A DNA stretch of 61,191 nucleotides from Candidatus Micrarchaeota archaeon (GCA_964477205.1 CAYZDE010000001.1:1-61191); one strand, 5' to 3'. Shown: positions 43,515-52,696, counted from the stretch's first letter. The notes: generated by a model from the letters alone, not told the origin. Program-made: numbers and translations.

Positions 43515-44990
43515 ATGGAAGCCCGCGATTACCAGCGTAACGCCGCCGAATCAATACTCGCGCACGGCAATTCCCTTTTGGTAATGCCGACGGCCCTTGG
43601 CAAGACATTCATCGCTGCAATAATAATGAAGAAACTCGGCGGGAGGCAATTGTTCCTCGTGCCGACGAAGCCGCTCGCGGTCCAGCAGGCAAAGCGATTC
43701 GAGGAATTGCTCGGCGAGGCAGTGCTCTTGGTAACCGGCGAGCTCTCCCCTGAAAAGAGAAAGCAAGCTTACGCGGCCGCGCGGATAATCGTCGCAACCC
43801 CCCAATGCATCCAGAACGACTTGCTCTCGCGCAAGCTGCGCTTGCAGGACTTCGAGCTCGTAGTGTTCGACGAAGCGCATCGTGCGGTAGGCGATTACGC
43901 TTACACTTTCATTGCTTCACAGGCAAAAGAGCATTCCTTTATTCTAGGATTGACCGCCTCTCCATCTTCGAACAAGGAGAAGATTCACGAGGTTTGCAAT
44001 AATCTCGGCGTAAAGCACATTGAAGTGAAGGGCCACGAGGACAAAGACGTGCAAAAGTACGCGAACGAAGTAGATTTCAAGTGGGAGTTCGTAGACTTGC
44101 CCGGCGAGTACTATCACCTGCGCGAGCGGCTCTTGAATTTGTTGAAGGAAGCGCTATCCGAGCTCAAGGATTACGGCTTCGTTGATTCCGCCTCTCCGTC
44201 GCGAATGAACAAGAGCAAGCTACTCGCATTACGCAAGCCCATCATGGCGCGAATGCCCAACCCTTCGTCTTACAAGGCTTTATCCAGCCAAGCGCGCGCA
44301 TTAAACCTCTTGCACGCTATCGACTTACTCGAATCGCAGGGGGCGAATGCTTTATGCAATTTCTTCGACGGGCTGCGCGCCAGGGACAAGAAGTCCAAGG
44401 CGGTTCAGCGCTTACTCGCCGACCCGTTATACAATGCCGTGAGCGCCGAGGCATCAGAGCTCGTGAAGCAAGGGTCGCAACACCCGAAGATGCCGCGGTT
44501 GGCTGAAATAGTTTTAGGCGCAGCGAAGAGCGGGCAATCCGTTATTGTTTTCGCGCATTACCGGTCTAGTGTTGACGAAATCAATCGCGTGTTGAACGCC
44601 TTGCCGAAAGTCAACGCGCGCCCCCTCGTCGGCAGAAGCAAGGACGGCATGACTCAAAAGCAGCAGGCGGAGGTACTCGATTCTTTTCGTGCGAGAGAGT
44701 TCAATACTTTAATCTCGACTAGTGTAGGAGAGGAGGGCCTGGATATCCCAGCCGTGGACCTCGTTGTTTTCTACGAATCCGTCCCGTCGGAAATCCGGTT
44801 GATACAGCGCCGCGGCAGGGCGGGGCGCGTTAAATCGGGGCGCGTCATCCTGCTCGTGACGCGGGATACTAAGGACGAGGGATTCCTTTGGATTTCGCGG
44901 AGCCGCGAGAAGCGCATGCGTTCGGCTTTGAAAGAAGCGAGCGACGAGTTGGAGTGTTCCTGCAAGCAATTGAGCCTCGGTGACTTGTAA
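43515..44990 (+). CDS. hef: Hef/FANCM-type SF2 helicase (helicase part of a split Hef)
   Basis: RDYQ, Walker A-like MPTALGKT, the DEAH box (VFDEAHRAVGDYAY), LTASP, and motif VI QRRGRAGR. The stop overlaps the next ATG (TAATG). Confidence 0.85.
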   Translation: MEARDYQRNAAESILAHGNSLLVMPTALGKTFIAAIIMKKLGGRQLFLVPTKPLAVQQAKRFEELLGEAVLLVTGELSPEKRKQAYAAARIIVATPQCIQNDLLSRKLRLQDFELVVFDEAHRAVGDYAYTFIASQAKEHSFILGLTASPSSNKEKIHEVCNNLGVKHIEVKGHEDKDVQKYANEVDFKWEFVDLPGEYYHLRERLLNLLKEALSELKDYGFVDSASPSRMNKSKLLALRKPIMARMPNPSSYKALSSQARALNLLHAIDLLESQGANALCNFFDGLRARDKKSKAVQRLLADPLYNAVSAEASELVKQGSQHPKMPRLAEIVLGAAKSGQSVIVFAHYRSSVDEINRVLNALPKVNARPLVGRSKDGMTQKQQAEVLDSFRAREFNTLISTSVGEEGLDIPAVDLVVFYESVPSEIRLIQRRGRAGRVKSGRVILLVTRDTKDEGFLWISRSREKRMRSALKEASDELECSCKQLSLGDL

Positions 44991-45649
44991 TGAATGAAAT
45001 AGTGTTTGAAGAGTGCAATGAAGTGCAGGTGTTCATCGACGACCGCGAGCTCAAGAGTAAGGTCGCAAAGGCGCTCTTCGCCAAAGGCGCGCTCTTGAAC
45101 CCGGTTAGGCTGCCGGTCGGGGATTATTTGCTCAGCGAGCGCGTTTGCGTGGAACGCAAAGCCGCCTTGGACTTCGAGTCCAGCGTAATCGACGGCCGCC
45201 TCTTCACACAAGCTCGCGGGTTAAAAGCTAATTTCGAGTCGCCTTTAATAGCCCTGGTTGGAGACGGATTCGAGCGCGTTAGGCCGAAAGCACTGCGCGG
45301 GGCATTTATTTCCCTTGCCGTGGATTACAAAATCCCTTTATTCTTTTTTGACTCGGACGAGGAGCTAGCCGACTTCTTGTTTGCTTTAGGCGAGAGGGAG
45401 CAGTTGAAGGCGCCTCGAGAGGCGCGCGTCCGCTTCGGCTCGAAGGGCAACTGCCTGGGAGAGCAACAGCGATTCATTGTTGAATCTTTTCCTTTAGTCG
45501 GCCCGAAGGCGGCGAAGGCATTGATTAAGGAATTCGGTTCCGTGCGGGCGATAGTTACTGCTTCGCAGGAGGATTTGTTGCGCGTAGAGGGAATCGGTAA
45601 GAAGAGGGCCGAGGGATTGGAACGCGTTTTCTCAGGCGAGTGCGATTAA
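44990..45649 (+). CDS. ERCC4 (XPF/Hef) nuclease with C-terminal HhH2
   Basis: IDDRELKS, the ERCC4 motif GDYLLSERVCVERKAALDF, DGRLFTQ, and HhH LVGPKAAKALIKEFGSV...VEGIGKKRA. Confidence 0.85.
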   Translation: MNEIVFEECNEVQVFIDDRELKSKVAKALFAKGALLNPVRLPVGDYLLSERVCVERKAALDFESSVIDGRLFTQARGLKANFESPLIALVGDGFERVRPKALRGAFISLAVDYKIPLFFFDSDEELADFLFALGEREQLKAPREARVRFGSKGNCLGEQQRFIVESFPLVGPKAAKALIKEFGSVRAIVTASQEDLLRVEGIGKKRAEGLERVFSGECD

Positions 45650-46218
45650 TGCAATTGGAATTCGTCGTAAAACTTGCGCGTCGGCCTTAACAATCGCGTG
45701 TTCCCGTGCTTGGATGATTCAATGTAATCCGCGTCTTTCAATTCCCGGATGTACGCGTAAATCTCGCCGCGGAAGTATTTGCGTAAGTCTTTTTGCAGCA
45801 TCCTCTTCTTCTTGACTATCAACGCGAGCATTCGCGTAGCCTTGCCGGATAAGTCGCTCTTCTTGCTGAAGCCGCCGATCCAACTCAAGTAAACCGGCTT
45901 CACTTGCATTACTACCTCGTCGCCCTTCAAGACTACTTGAACCGGCGAATCTTTTTCTTCCAAGCGCGCTCGTACTTTTTCAATTGCTAATCTTACTTCG
46001 CGCCGGGGCTTATCGAGCTCTTTTGACATTTCCTTAACAGTGAGTTCACGGTTGGCAAGGAAGAGTGCTGATTCCACTATCTTATCAAATGGTAAGTCGG
46101 GTTTAGTCTTGATTTCGACATTCTCTACTTCCTCTTCGACCGTGTCTTCTTGCGAGTCTTCGGCTTCCTGCAAGTTCATGGTGATGGCCATTATGAATTT
46201 GTAACCGCGCTGGTGCAT
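45646..46218 (-). CDS. scpB: ScpB-like segregation and condensation protein
   Basis: IVESALFLANRELTVKEMSKEL...VRLAIEKVRARLEEKDSPVQVV, with a second wHTH-like half. Confidence 0.6.
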   Translation of the reverse strand: MHQRGYKFIMAITMNLQEAEDSQEDTVEEEVENVEIKTKPDLPFDKIVESALFLANRELTVKEMSKELDKPRREVRLAIEKVRARLEEKDSPVQVVLKGDEVVMQVKPVYLSWIGGFSKKSDLSGKATRMLALIVKKKRMLQKDLRKYFRGEIYAYIRELKDADYIESSKHGNTRLLRPTRKFYDEFQLH

Positions 46219-46333
46219 TTATTCGTTACGCTTAAATACCCGGTGAACTGTGATTAACGAGGTCGTGACGCTCTATTGTCGCGGACTAACCAAAGCCTAC
46301 CAGCGTGAGGCGATATTCAGGGGGAAAATTCGA

Positions 46334-46918
46334 ATGACTCTATTAGAGCAGGAAGATTATTTGCGTGCCGGCGTGCACATCGGCACGAGAATGAAGAGCG
46401 GCGGCATGAAGCCTTACATTTACCGTACCCGCGACGACGGTTTGCACGTCATTGACTTGAAGAAGTTGGACGAGCGCGTTCTCGCCGCGGCGAAGCTCCT
46501 CGCGCGCTACCCTCCTGAGGAAATATTCATCGTCGGGTCGAAGTCGAACGCTCAGCAGCCCGTCGCGAAGTTTTGTGAGCTAACGCACTGCCAGCCGTTA
46601 TCCGGCCGCTTCCGACCCGGTTGTTTCACAAACCCGTTGCACGAGAATTTCAAGGAGCCGAAGCTCTTATTAGTCGTTGACCCGGGAATCGACAGGCAAT
46701 CCGTAATCGAAGCGTTCAAGTTGAACATACCAGTAATCGCGTTGTGCGACACGAACAACTCGACGCGTTACGTTGACATGGCCGTGCCCACGAACAATAA
46801 GGGCCGCAAAGCGCTAGCCTTGCTATTCTACTTATTTGCACGGGAGTTCCTCAAGGCGACCGGCAAGATTTCCTCTGACGAGGAGTTCAAGGCGCAGCCC
46901 GAGGAATTCGAAGCGTAA
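46334..46918 (+). CDS. rps2: 30S ribosomal protein S2 (uS2)
   Basis: LLEQEDYLRAGVHIGTR...IYRTRDDGLHVIDL...LLLVVDP...AFKLNIPVIALCDTN. An ATG is at 46334. The ORF-track start at 46250 adds a non-homologous leader. Confidence 0.9.
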   Translation: MTLLEQEDYLRAGVHIGTRMKSGGMKPYIYRTRDDGLHVIDLKKLDERVLAAAKLLARYPPEEIFIVGSKSNAQQPVAKFCELTHCQPLSGRFRPGCFTNPLHENFKEPKLLLVVDPGIDRQSVIEAFKLNIPVIALCDTNNSTRYVDMAVPTNNKGRKALALLFYLFAREFLKATGKISSDEEFKAQPEEFEA

Positions 46919-46951
46919 TCCTTTTCTTTTCCCTTGTTCTTTTCCCTTTTT

Positions 46952-47734
46952 ATGAGGGAGCCGTTTTATTCAGGGTCTTTTTACCCGTCCACGCGTACCG
47001 AGTGTGAACGCGAGTTAAGCGTTCTCTCAAGGAATGCGAAGGCAACTCACGATGCACGCGCGGTAATTTCCCCGCACGCTGGTTGGCTTTATTCCGGTGA
47101 AACCGCGGCCAATGCTTTCGCTGCTTTAAAAAAAGCGCCTACGATAGTACTTCTCTCGCCCAGCCATTCGGGCGCCCGCGTTCCGGTGGCGACTAGCGCC
47201 GAGGACTGGCGCACGCCTCTTGGAAAAATTCAATTGGATTGCAAACTTATGAGTGAACTCGTTGACTCCAATGCAATTGCGGTCGACGAGAGCGCCCACG
47301 AGGGAGAGCATGCAATCGAAGTTCTCCTCCCGTTCGTTCAGCATTATTTTCCGAAAGCGCGTTTCGTTCCGATAGTCTTCGCGGACCAATCCCTTGACGC
47401 TGCTCTCGCAGTTGCCGGAGCGTTGTGTGAGTCGCAGCGCGGGTTTTCCGTCGTGGCTTCGAGTGACTTCACGCATTACGAACCGTCCGGTGAAGCGCGC
47501 GAGAAGGATGAGGAGTTATTGCGCGCGCTTTTTGCAATGGACGGGGCCGCGTTTTACGAAGCGATTCGAGTGACCGGCGCGACCGCTTGTGGATTCGCCC
47601 CGATTGCCTGCGCGTTATCCTGGGCTAAGTCCGCCGGCGCTAAGCTCGGCGAGTTATTGCACTTCTCTAATTCCGGCGACGCGAGCGGGGATTATTCCCG
47701 CGTTGTTGACTACGCTGCGGTTGCATTTCGTTGA
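46952..47734 (+). CDS. amrB: MEMO1-family protein (AmmeMemoRadiSam system protein B)
   Basis: REPFYSGSFYP, ISPHAGWLYSG, HEGEHAIEV, SSDFTHY. Confidence 0.85.
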   Translation: MREPFYSGSFYPSTRTECERELSVLSRNAKATHDARAVISPHAGWLYSGETAANAFAALKKAPTIVLLSPSHSGARVPVATSAEDWRTPLGKIQLDCKLMSELVDSNAIAVDESAHEGEHAIEVLLPFVQHYFPKARFVPIVFADQSLDAALAVAGALCESQRGFSVVASSDFTHYEPSGEAREKDEELLRALFAMDGAAFYEAIRVTGATACGFAPIACALSWAKSAGAKLGELLHFSNSGDASGDYSRVVDYAAVAFR

Positions 47735-47825
47735 AGAAGCATGCCGTTGATTGGCGGGATTGAAAAAACAATAAAAACAAAAAAGGGGTTCAAATCAAAA
47801 AGATGCCGAAACTCAAGTAGGGGAA

Positions 47826-48032
47826 TTACTTCCTCTTCCTGGATTTCGTTTTCTTCTTAGTCGTTTTTTTCTTAGTCGCCTTGCGTTTGACGGTCTTTCT
47901 CTTTACGGCCTTCTTTTTGACCGCCTTTCTCTTTACGGTCTTCCTCTTAACCGCTTTTCTCTTTACGGTCTTCTTCTTGACCTTTCTCTTTACCGTCTTT
48001 TTCTTGGCGACTTTCTTTTTTCTTATAGCCAT
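47826..48032 (-). CDS. lysine/arginine-rich repeat protein (histone H1-tail-like, putative nucleic-acid binder)
   Basis: 68 aa: MAIRKKKVAKKKTVKRKVKKKTVKRKAVKRKTVKRKAVKKKAVKRKTVKRKATKKKTTKKKTKSRKRK. ATG start. The DNA is a degenerate tandem repeat. The mirror ORF on the plus strand has only an alternative start. Confidence 0.5.
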   Translation of the reverse strand: MAIRKKKVAKKKTVKRKVKKKTVKRKAVKRKTVKRKAVKKKAVKRKTVKRKATKKKTTKKKTKSRKRK

Positions 48033-48080
48033 TTTGGTTTTTCACACCGAAAAATTTCCTCTTTCGAGTAAACTTTTCGC

Positions 48081-48833
48081 ATGCATCATTGTTTTTTAGT
48101 TAAAAACCGTTTCGTTTATGTAATGAACGGGGAACTTGACGAAGTATTTTACTCTGCGTGCGCGCTACTCGGAAAAAGTTATTTTGTAAACGCGCGTTAC
48201 AAGAGTTACGCAGGGCTAAAGGCCGGCGTTTCACTCTCGAAAGGAGTACTGCAAGCGACTGCGAGTAAGGAGTTCGCTTTTGTCCCGCGTGAAGTGAAAT
48301 TAGGGCTGGCTCTTTCACTATTGTCGAAACTTTTCAAAAAGCGCGCCGACCCGGAATTATTGCGGCCTTACAAGGAGTTCATGGCAAGCAAGCAGGCAGC
48401 GGAATTATCCGATGCATTGCGCGGCGCGCGCGGAAGAAAACGCAAGGGTTCGCACGAGGGAGAGAACCATGACTTGAACGAATTGCGTGATTACCTGCTG
48501 CGTGATTACCCGCGCGTGTTCGAAGGGGTAAAACCGCCGCGGGTCGTATGGTCGAAGCGCAAGAGCAAGCGAAAGCTCGGCTGGTTCGACGACGCGTTCC
48601 ACGAAATCGTAGTCAATAAGGCACTTGACCGCGCACCGCGCTTCGTAGTTGAATTCGTTTTGTACCACGAGCTTTTGCACGCAAAGCACGAAGTGCGTTA
48701 CGCCCGCGGCAAAAGCTTGCGGCGTAGCGTTCACACGAGAGAATTCAACGATGACGAGCGCGCGTTCCCGCGGGAAAAAGAGGCGGAAGCGTGGATTCAA
48801 TCGAACTGGAACCGAATACTAGGAAAGCCTTAA
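48081..48833 (+). CDS. DUF45/YgjP-like (SprT-like) zinc metallopeptidase-fold protein
   Basis: HExxH in LYHELLHAKHE, preceded by WGWFD-like KLGWFDDAFHEIVVNKAL. An alternative ATG is at 48123. Confidence 0.7.
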   Translation: MHHCFLVKNRFVYVMNGELDEVFYSACALLGKSYFVNARYKSYAGLKAGVSLSKGVLQATASKEFAFVPREVKLGLALSLLSKLFKKRADPELLRPYKEFMASKQAAELSDALRGARGRKRKGSHEGENHDLNELRDYLLRDYPRVFEGVKPPRVVWSKRKSKRKLGWFDDAFHEIVVNKALDRAPRFVVEFVLYHELLHAKHEVRYARGKSLRRSVHTREFNDDERAFPREKEAEAWIQSNWNRILGKP

Positions 48834-48846
48834 GCTTTTACGGGTT

Positions 48847-49185
48847 TCATCGCTTGAACCAGTAGAGCAGGAAGAGCACTATCTCTATTGCCATCAAGTA
48901 AGATAAATCGAGGTTACTGCTGAAAGTGAGCAGCAATGCGACCGCGGTGCCGAGCATGAAGAAAGTGAGCGGGTCCATTCCGAACAATGCCTTTTTCGTG
49001 TATGCCGGAGGCGGCGATAGTTTGCCGCTTGCAGGGTGCGCTCCGCCTTGTGAAATCGGAGTGACTTGGCCGGTTTGCGGGTCTACTTTAACGGCGAAAC
49101 CGCATTTCTTGCAGTAAACCACGCTGTTCGCCTCGTCCACTTGCAGGTTCGGGTTTCCACATTGCGGGCATGCTATATCCATCAC
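48847..49185 (-). CDS. zinc-ribbon membrane protein
   Basis: N-terminal CPQCG...CKKCG ribbon and two C-terminal hydrophobic helices. Confidence 0.55.
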   Translation of the reverse strand: MMDIACPQCGNPNLQVDEANSVVYCKKCGFAVKVDPQTGQVTPISQGGAHPASGKLSPPPAYTKKALFGMDPLTFFMLGTAVALLLTFSSNLDLSYLMAIEIVLFLLYWFKR

Positions 49186-49234
49186 GCTTCATTACGCCGA
49201 CGGCTTTTTAAAACGCTTCGACGAAAGGGTTTCA

Positions 49235-50239
49235 ATGCAAGAGGCGTTATTGTACGAGCGCGACGGCAAAACGGTTAATTGTAAATTGTGCGCGCATTAT
49301 TGCCGCATTCCCGACGGAAAATTCGGCGCGTGCTCGTGCCGAGTTAATCAAGGCGGAGTTTTGGAAACGCTTACTTACGGCAAGAGTGCCGGGTTGTCGA
49401 TCGACCCGATCGAGAAGAAGCCGTTTTACCACTTCAAGCCGGGCTCGCACGCCTTGTCTTTCGGCACCCCCGGATGCAATCTTCGCTGCAAGGGCTGCCA
49501 GAATTGGTTCCTAAGCCAGTCGCCGCGGGAAGCAGGGGGCGCGTTCGACTTTCCGGAGACCGCGCCGGAAGCAATAGCCGAAGCGAGCGCGAAAGCGGAT
49601 GGAGTCGCTTACACTTACTCCGAGCCCACGATTTTCCTTGAGTACGCCCGCGACGTGATACTCGAAACCAAAAAGCTTTACCCTGAAAAGTACCACGCGT
49701 TCGTCTCTAACGGCTACTTCTCGCGCGAGGCGTGGGAGCTGATTGAAAAAGAAAGGTTATTGGACGCGATTCGAATAGACTTGAAGTCGTTCTCCGACGA
49801 TTTTTATCGTGAATATTGCGGCGTTCGCTTGCAGCCCGTCCTTGATTCCATTGAGCGCGTCCACGAGAGCAAAGTGCACTTGGAGTTGGTGACGCTCGTC
49901 ATTCCGGGAAAGAACGACTCTCCAGGGGAACTGCGCGAGTTAAGCGAGTGGGTTGCCTCGCTTAATGTTAACATTCCCTTGCATTTCCTGCGCTTCTTTC
50001 CGATGCACGAGGCGTCCGCCTTGCCCGTAACGCCATTGAAGAAGCTGAGGGAGGCGAAGGCGATTGCCGAGGACGCGGGCATGCAGTTCGTTTACTTGGG
50101 TAACGCGGGCGAGGAAGCGAACACTTTGTGCCCTGAGTGCGGTGCGGTCGCAATCAAGCGTTTCGGGCATTCGGTGACGAATAATCTGGCCGGCGGCGCG
50201 TGCCCAAAGTGCGGCGCGCAACTATACGGCGAATGGTGA
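49235..50239 (+). CDS. amrS: AmmeMemoRadiSam system radical SAM enzyme (PflA-like)
   Basis: N-terminal CKLCAHYCRI..GACSCR cluster, the radical SAM motif GCNLRCKGCQNW, and a C-terminal CPECG...CPKCG. Confidence 0.85.
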   Translation: MQEALLYERDGKTVNCKLCAHYCRIPDGKFGACSCRVNQGGVLETLTYGKSAGLSIDPIEKKPFYHFKPGSHALSFGTPGCNLRCKGCQNWFLSQSPREAGGAFDFPETAPEAIAEASAKADGVAYTYSEPTIFLEYARDVILETKKLYPEKYHAFVSNGYFSREAWELIEKERLLDAIRIDLKSFSDDFYREYCGVRLQPVLDSIERVHESKVHLELVTLVIPGKNDSPGELRELSEWVASLNVNIPLHFLRFFPMHEASALPVTPLKKLREAKAIAEDAGMQFVYLGNAGEEANTLCPECGAVAIKRFGHSVTNNLAGGACPKCGAQLYGEW

Positions 50240-50273
50240 AAACTTAATTAAGCTACGCGGTGAAATTCAAAGC

Positions 50274-50897
50274 ATGCCTTTTAGAAAATTCTTAAGTTGG
50301 CTTTCCGGCTTGTTCGGCCGAAGGAAGGTCATGAGCCTCGGCATCTACGGCAACGTGAATACCGGAAAGAGCACGCTCGCCAACCGCATTTGCATTGATT
50401 GGACCGGAGAGCCGCTGAGTGAAGTGTCGGAAATTCCACACGAAACTAGGGAAGTGCAGAAGAAGGAGCGCGTGGTCATTCGCGTTAACGGCAAGAAGCT
50501 GATAATCAACTTGCTGGACATGCCGGGCATTACGACGAAGGTGGATTACCGCGAGTTCATCCCATTCGGAATCGGAAAGAAGAAGGCGCAAGCGCGCGCA
50601 AAGGAAGCGACGAAAGGCATTATCGAGGCAATCAAGTGGCTTGAGCACGTTGACGCCGCGCTAGTCGTGATGGACGCCTGCAAGGACCCTTACACTCAAG
50701 TGAACATAACCATACTCGGCAACTTGGAGGCGCGGAAGATTCCCGTTATCCTCGTAGCCAATAAGATCGATAAGAAGAAGGCGCGCCCTGACAAGATTCG
50801 CGAGGCGTTCCCGCAGCATGACATAGTAGAGATTTCCGCCTTGAAGGGCGACAACATCAACAAGTTGTACGAGGCCATAGCCAAGCACGCCCGGTGA
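50274..50897 (+). CDS. small P-loop GTPase (Era/EngB-like, archaeal)
   Basis: G1 GNVNTGKST, G3 LDMPG, G4 NKID, and SAL. Confidence 0.8.
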   Translation: MPFRKFLSWLSGLFGRRKVMSLGIYGNVNTGKSTLANRICIDWTGEPLSEVSEIPHETREVQKKERVVIRVNGKKLIINLLDMPGITTKVDYREFIPFGIGKKKAQARAKEATKGIIEAIKWLEHVDAALVVMDACKDPYTQVNITILGNLEARKIPVILVANKIDKKKARPDKIREAFPQHDIVEISALKGDNINKLYEAIAKHAR

Positions 50898-50904
50898 TTA
50901 GAAA

Positions 50905-51255
50905 TTGAAGGTACAAATTGAATTCTTATCCGCGAAGGCGTTCAACGAATTAGAGCCGGAGAAGCGCATTAATACCATAATCACCGCCGTGAAGAAGAAC
51001 AAGATAATCGTGCTCGAGGAAGGCTTAACGCGCGAGGAAGAGCGGGAGTTATTTTCGCGCGTAATGAAGGAAATCGGCAAGAGCAACCGATTCACCGGAA
51101 TCGAAATCGCAAGCCTCGGCCAAGAGCTCGACGCGTTCCGCTCCGGAATAATCAAGATGCTCGGCGGCAAAGCCAAGGGCCTCACCATCGTCGGGCCTGA
51201 AAAATTAGTCCGTGAAGTCAAGCGCGACCCGGATAAAATCGGGTTCTCGTTTTGA
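50905..51255 (+). CDS. conserved archaeal protein (DUF2073-like) downstream of the GTPase
   Basis: 116-aa ORF 7 nt after the GTPase. The assignment rests on recalled gene-order conservation (GTPase-DUF2073-Zn ribbon), not on a strong motif. Confidence 0.5.
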   Translation: MKVQIEFLSAKAFNELEPEKRINTIITAVKKNKIIVLEEGLTREEERELFSRVMKEIGKSNRFTGIEIASLGQELDAFRSGIIKMLGGKAKGLTIVGPEKLVREVKRDPDKIGFSF

Positions 51256-51267
51256 AGGTTTAAGATT

Positions 51268-51612
51268 ATGCCTCACAAGTGCGTTCGATGCAACCGCGTT
51301 TACGACAAAACCTCGCCCGAGTTATTGAAGGGCTGTAAGTGCGGCTCGCGCGTATTCGTTTTCCTCCGCGAAATGCCCGAGAGTGAAGAGGACGCGAAGC
51401 CGGATTTGGGCTGGCTCGAGGAAGAGCTCGCGGACTTGAGCAGGGACCACCCGATCGTAGTCGACGCGGATTCGGTTGAAAACTTGCGCATACTCGAGCC
51501 GGGCTCTTACGAGTTGGACATAGCGTCGCTCATGAAGAACGAGCCATTAGTCGTGAAGTCGGATAAGGGCGTTTACTACGTGAAACTGCCTAGCGTGAAG
51601 AAGCGGGCTTAA
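51268..51612 (+). CDS. Zn-ribbon protein (DUF2072-like)
   Basis: N-terminal CVRCN...CKCGS ribbon. 114 aa. Third gene of the triad. Confidence 0.55.
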   Translation: MPHKCVRCNRVYDKTSPELLKGCKCGSRVFVFLREMPESEEDAKPDLGWLEEELADLSRDHPIVVDADSVENLRILEPGSYELDIASLMKNEPLVVKSDKGVYYVKLPSVKKRA

Positions 51613-52105
51613 TGTAGCCTTTTATGCCGTACTTCTTGGAATTCTTTTTTATCTTGAAGCCGAAGGCGTTATTCGTCATCCGCTCGCCGAAACCGCGCGC
51701 GCGAATCAAGTCCTGTTCGGTCAAACGGCGCCCAAACCCTATTATGTTCAGCAGGCTCGCGGCGTGAATGTTCAACGAGTTGAGCACGCGCGCCCCGCGT
51801 GATTCCAAGTCCTTTACGAGTTCTGCTAAAGCACTTTTGCTCGACGCGTAACAAGCGAACGCGGCGACGCGCTTGCCTTTCCAGTCGTTTTCTTCAACAA
51901 AGCGCCGCGCGTCCTCCGAGAAGCGGCCCTTGTAAATGCCCGAGCCGATGAACACCAGCCCGTAATCGCCCGCATGCAGTTCGCCTGCGGCTTCCGTGAA
52001 GACCACGCTCGCCCCGGTGCGCTCGGCTCCCTCTTTTATGGCTTCGGCAACGCGCTTCGTGCTGCCTTTCTTCGAGGAGTAAACTATGAGTACTTTTTGT
52101 TTCAT
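51590..52105 (-). CDS. flavodoxin-like protein
   Basis: MKQKVLIVYSSKKGSTKRVAEAI...FIGSGIY. The ATG at 52105 is preferred over the ORF-track start at 52129. Confidence 0.75.
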   Translation of the reverse strand: MKQKVLIVYSSKKGSTKRVAEAIKEGAERTGASVVFTEAAGELHAGDYGLVFIGSGIYKGRFSEDARRFVEENDWKGKRVAAFACYASSKSALAELVKDLESRGARVLNSLNIHAASLLNIIGFGRRLTEQDLIRARGFGERMTNNAFGFKIKKNSKKYGIKGYIKPASSR

Positions 52106-52175
52106 CACTTTGCATTCCTTATGTCTCAATCATTTAATATAAGCGTTTTTTAGGGCTCGCGCTGGGAAGCGCTTG

Positions 52176-52214
52176 AAAACAAAAGAAAAAGGTTTGGGGG
52201 TTTTAAGCCCCCGC
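52176..52214 (-). terminator. hairpin plus U-run terminator after the pilin gene
   Basis: The minus strand reads GGGGGCUUAAAACCCCC followed by CUUUUUCUUUUGUUUU. Confidence 0.55.
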
Positions 52215-52226
52215 TTAAGTTTGTTT

Positions 52227-52625
52227 CTACGCGGTCCTGACGAATCCGGAGTCCAAGTGATACATCCCAGACAAAGTGTTTTTGTAAGGTATTACCAAGT
52301 TTACCTGGTTGCCTACGGTGGTTCCGGCGATCGTACAAGTAAAGGTAGTGTTTGTAGTGGATAACGTTCTGTTTATCCCTTCAGTGCAACTATCCACTTC
52401 TATAGCATGACCAACCTTGTTACCGAGAACCATGGTAACCGTGCTACCATCAACCGTGTAGTCGATTACGGTTACGCCGGTGAAACCGCCGCTACCCTTG
52501 CTTTCCGTCCATTGGGCAGGATTGAATACTCCGAAGTACCATAACACTGCGGCAATGATAACGATCGCGAGGATCGCCCAGCCGTACGTGACGAGGTATT
52601 CGAGTGCGCTTTGGCCTCTCTTCAT
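52227..52625 (-). CDS. archaeal type IV pilin-like protein (class III signal peptide)
   Basis: MKRGQSALEYLVTYGWAILAIVIIAAVLW is a short basic leader, then a G/Q-S cleavage-type site, then a hydrophobic helix. The gene has its own AT-box promoter. Confidence 0.8.
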   Translation of the reverse strand: MKRGQSALEYLVTYGWAILAIVIIAAVLWYFGVFNPAQWTESKGSGGFTGVTVIDYTVDGSTVTMVLGNKVGHAIEVDSCTEGINRTLSTTNTTFTCTIAGTTVGNQVNLVIPYKNTLSGMYHLDSGFVRTA

Positions 52626-52696
52626 TCTTTAAATCACCTTTGTGGGTTGGTTATTAATACCCGCTTTTTATTACTCGCAGGCGGCTTTTAAAGGTT

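Noticed and set aside
47881-48099. Plus-strand 72-aa Phe/Leu-rich ORF mirroring the Lys-rich gene.
   Set aside because: It is the complement-frame shadow of the AAG/AAA-rich repeat and starts at a non-ATG codon. The minus-strand ORF has an ATG and a plausible product. The choice remains uncertain.
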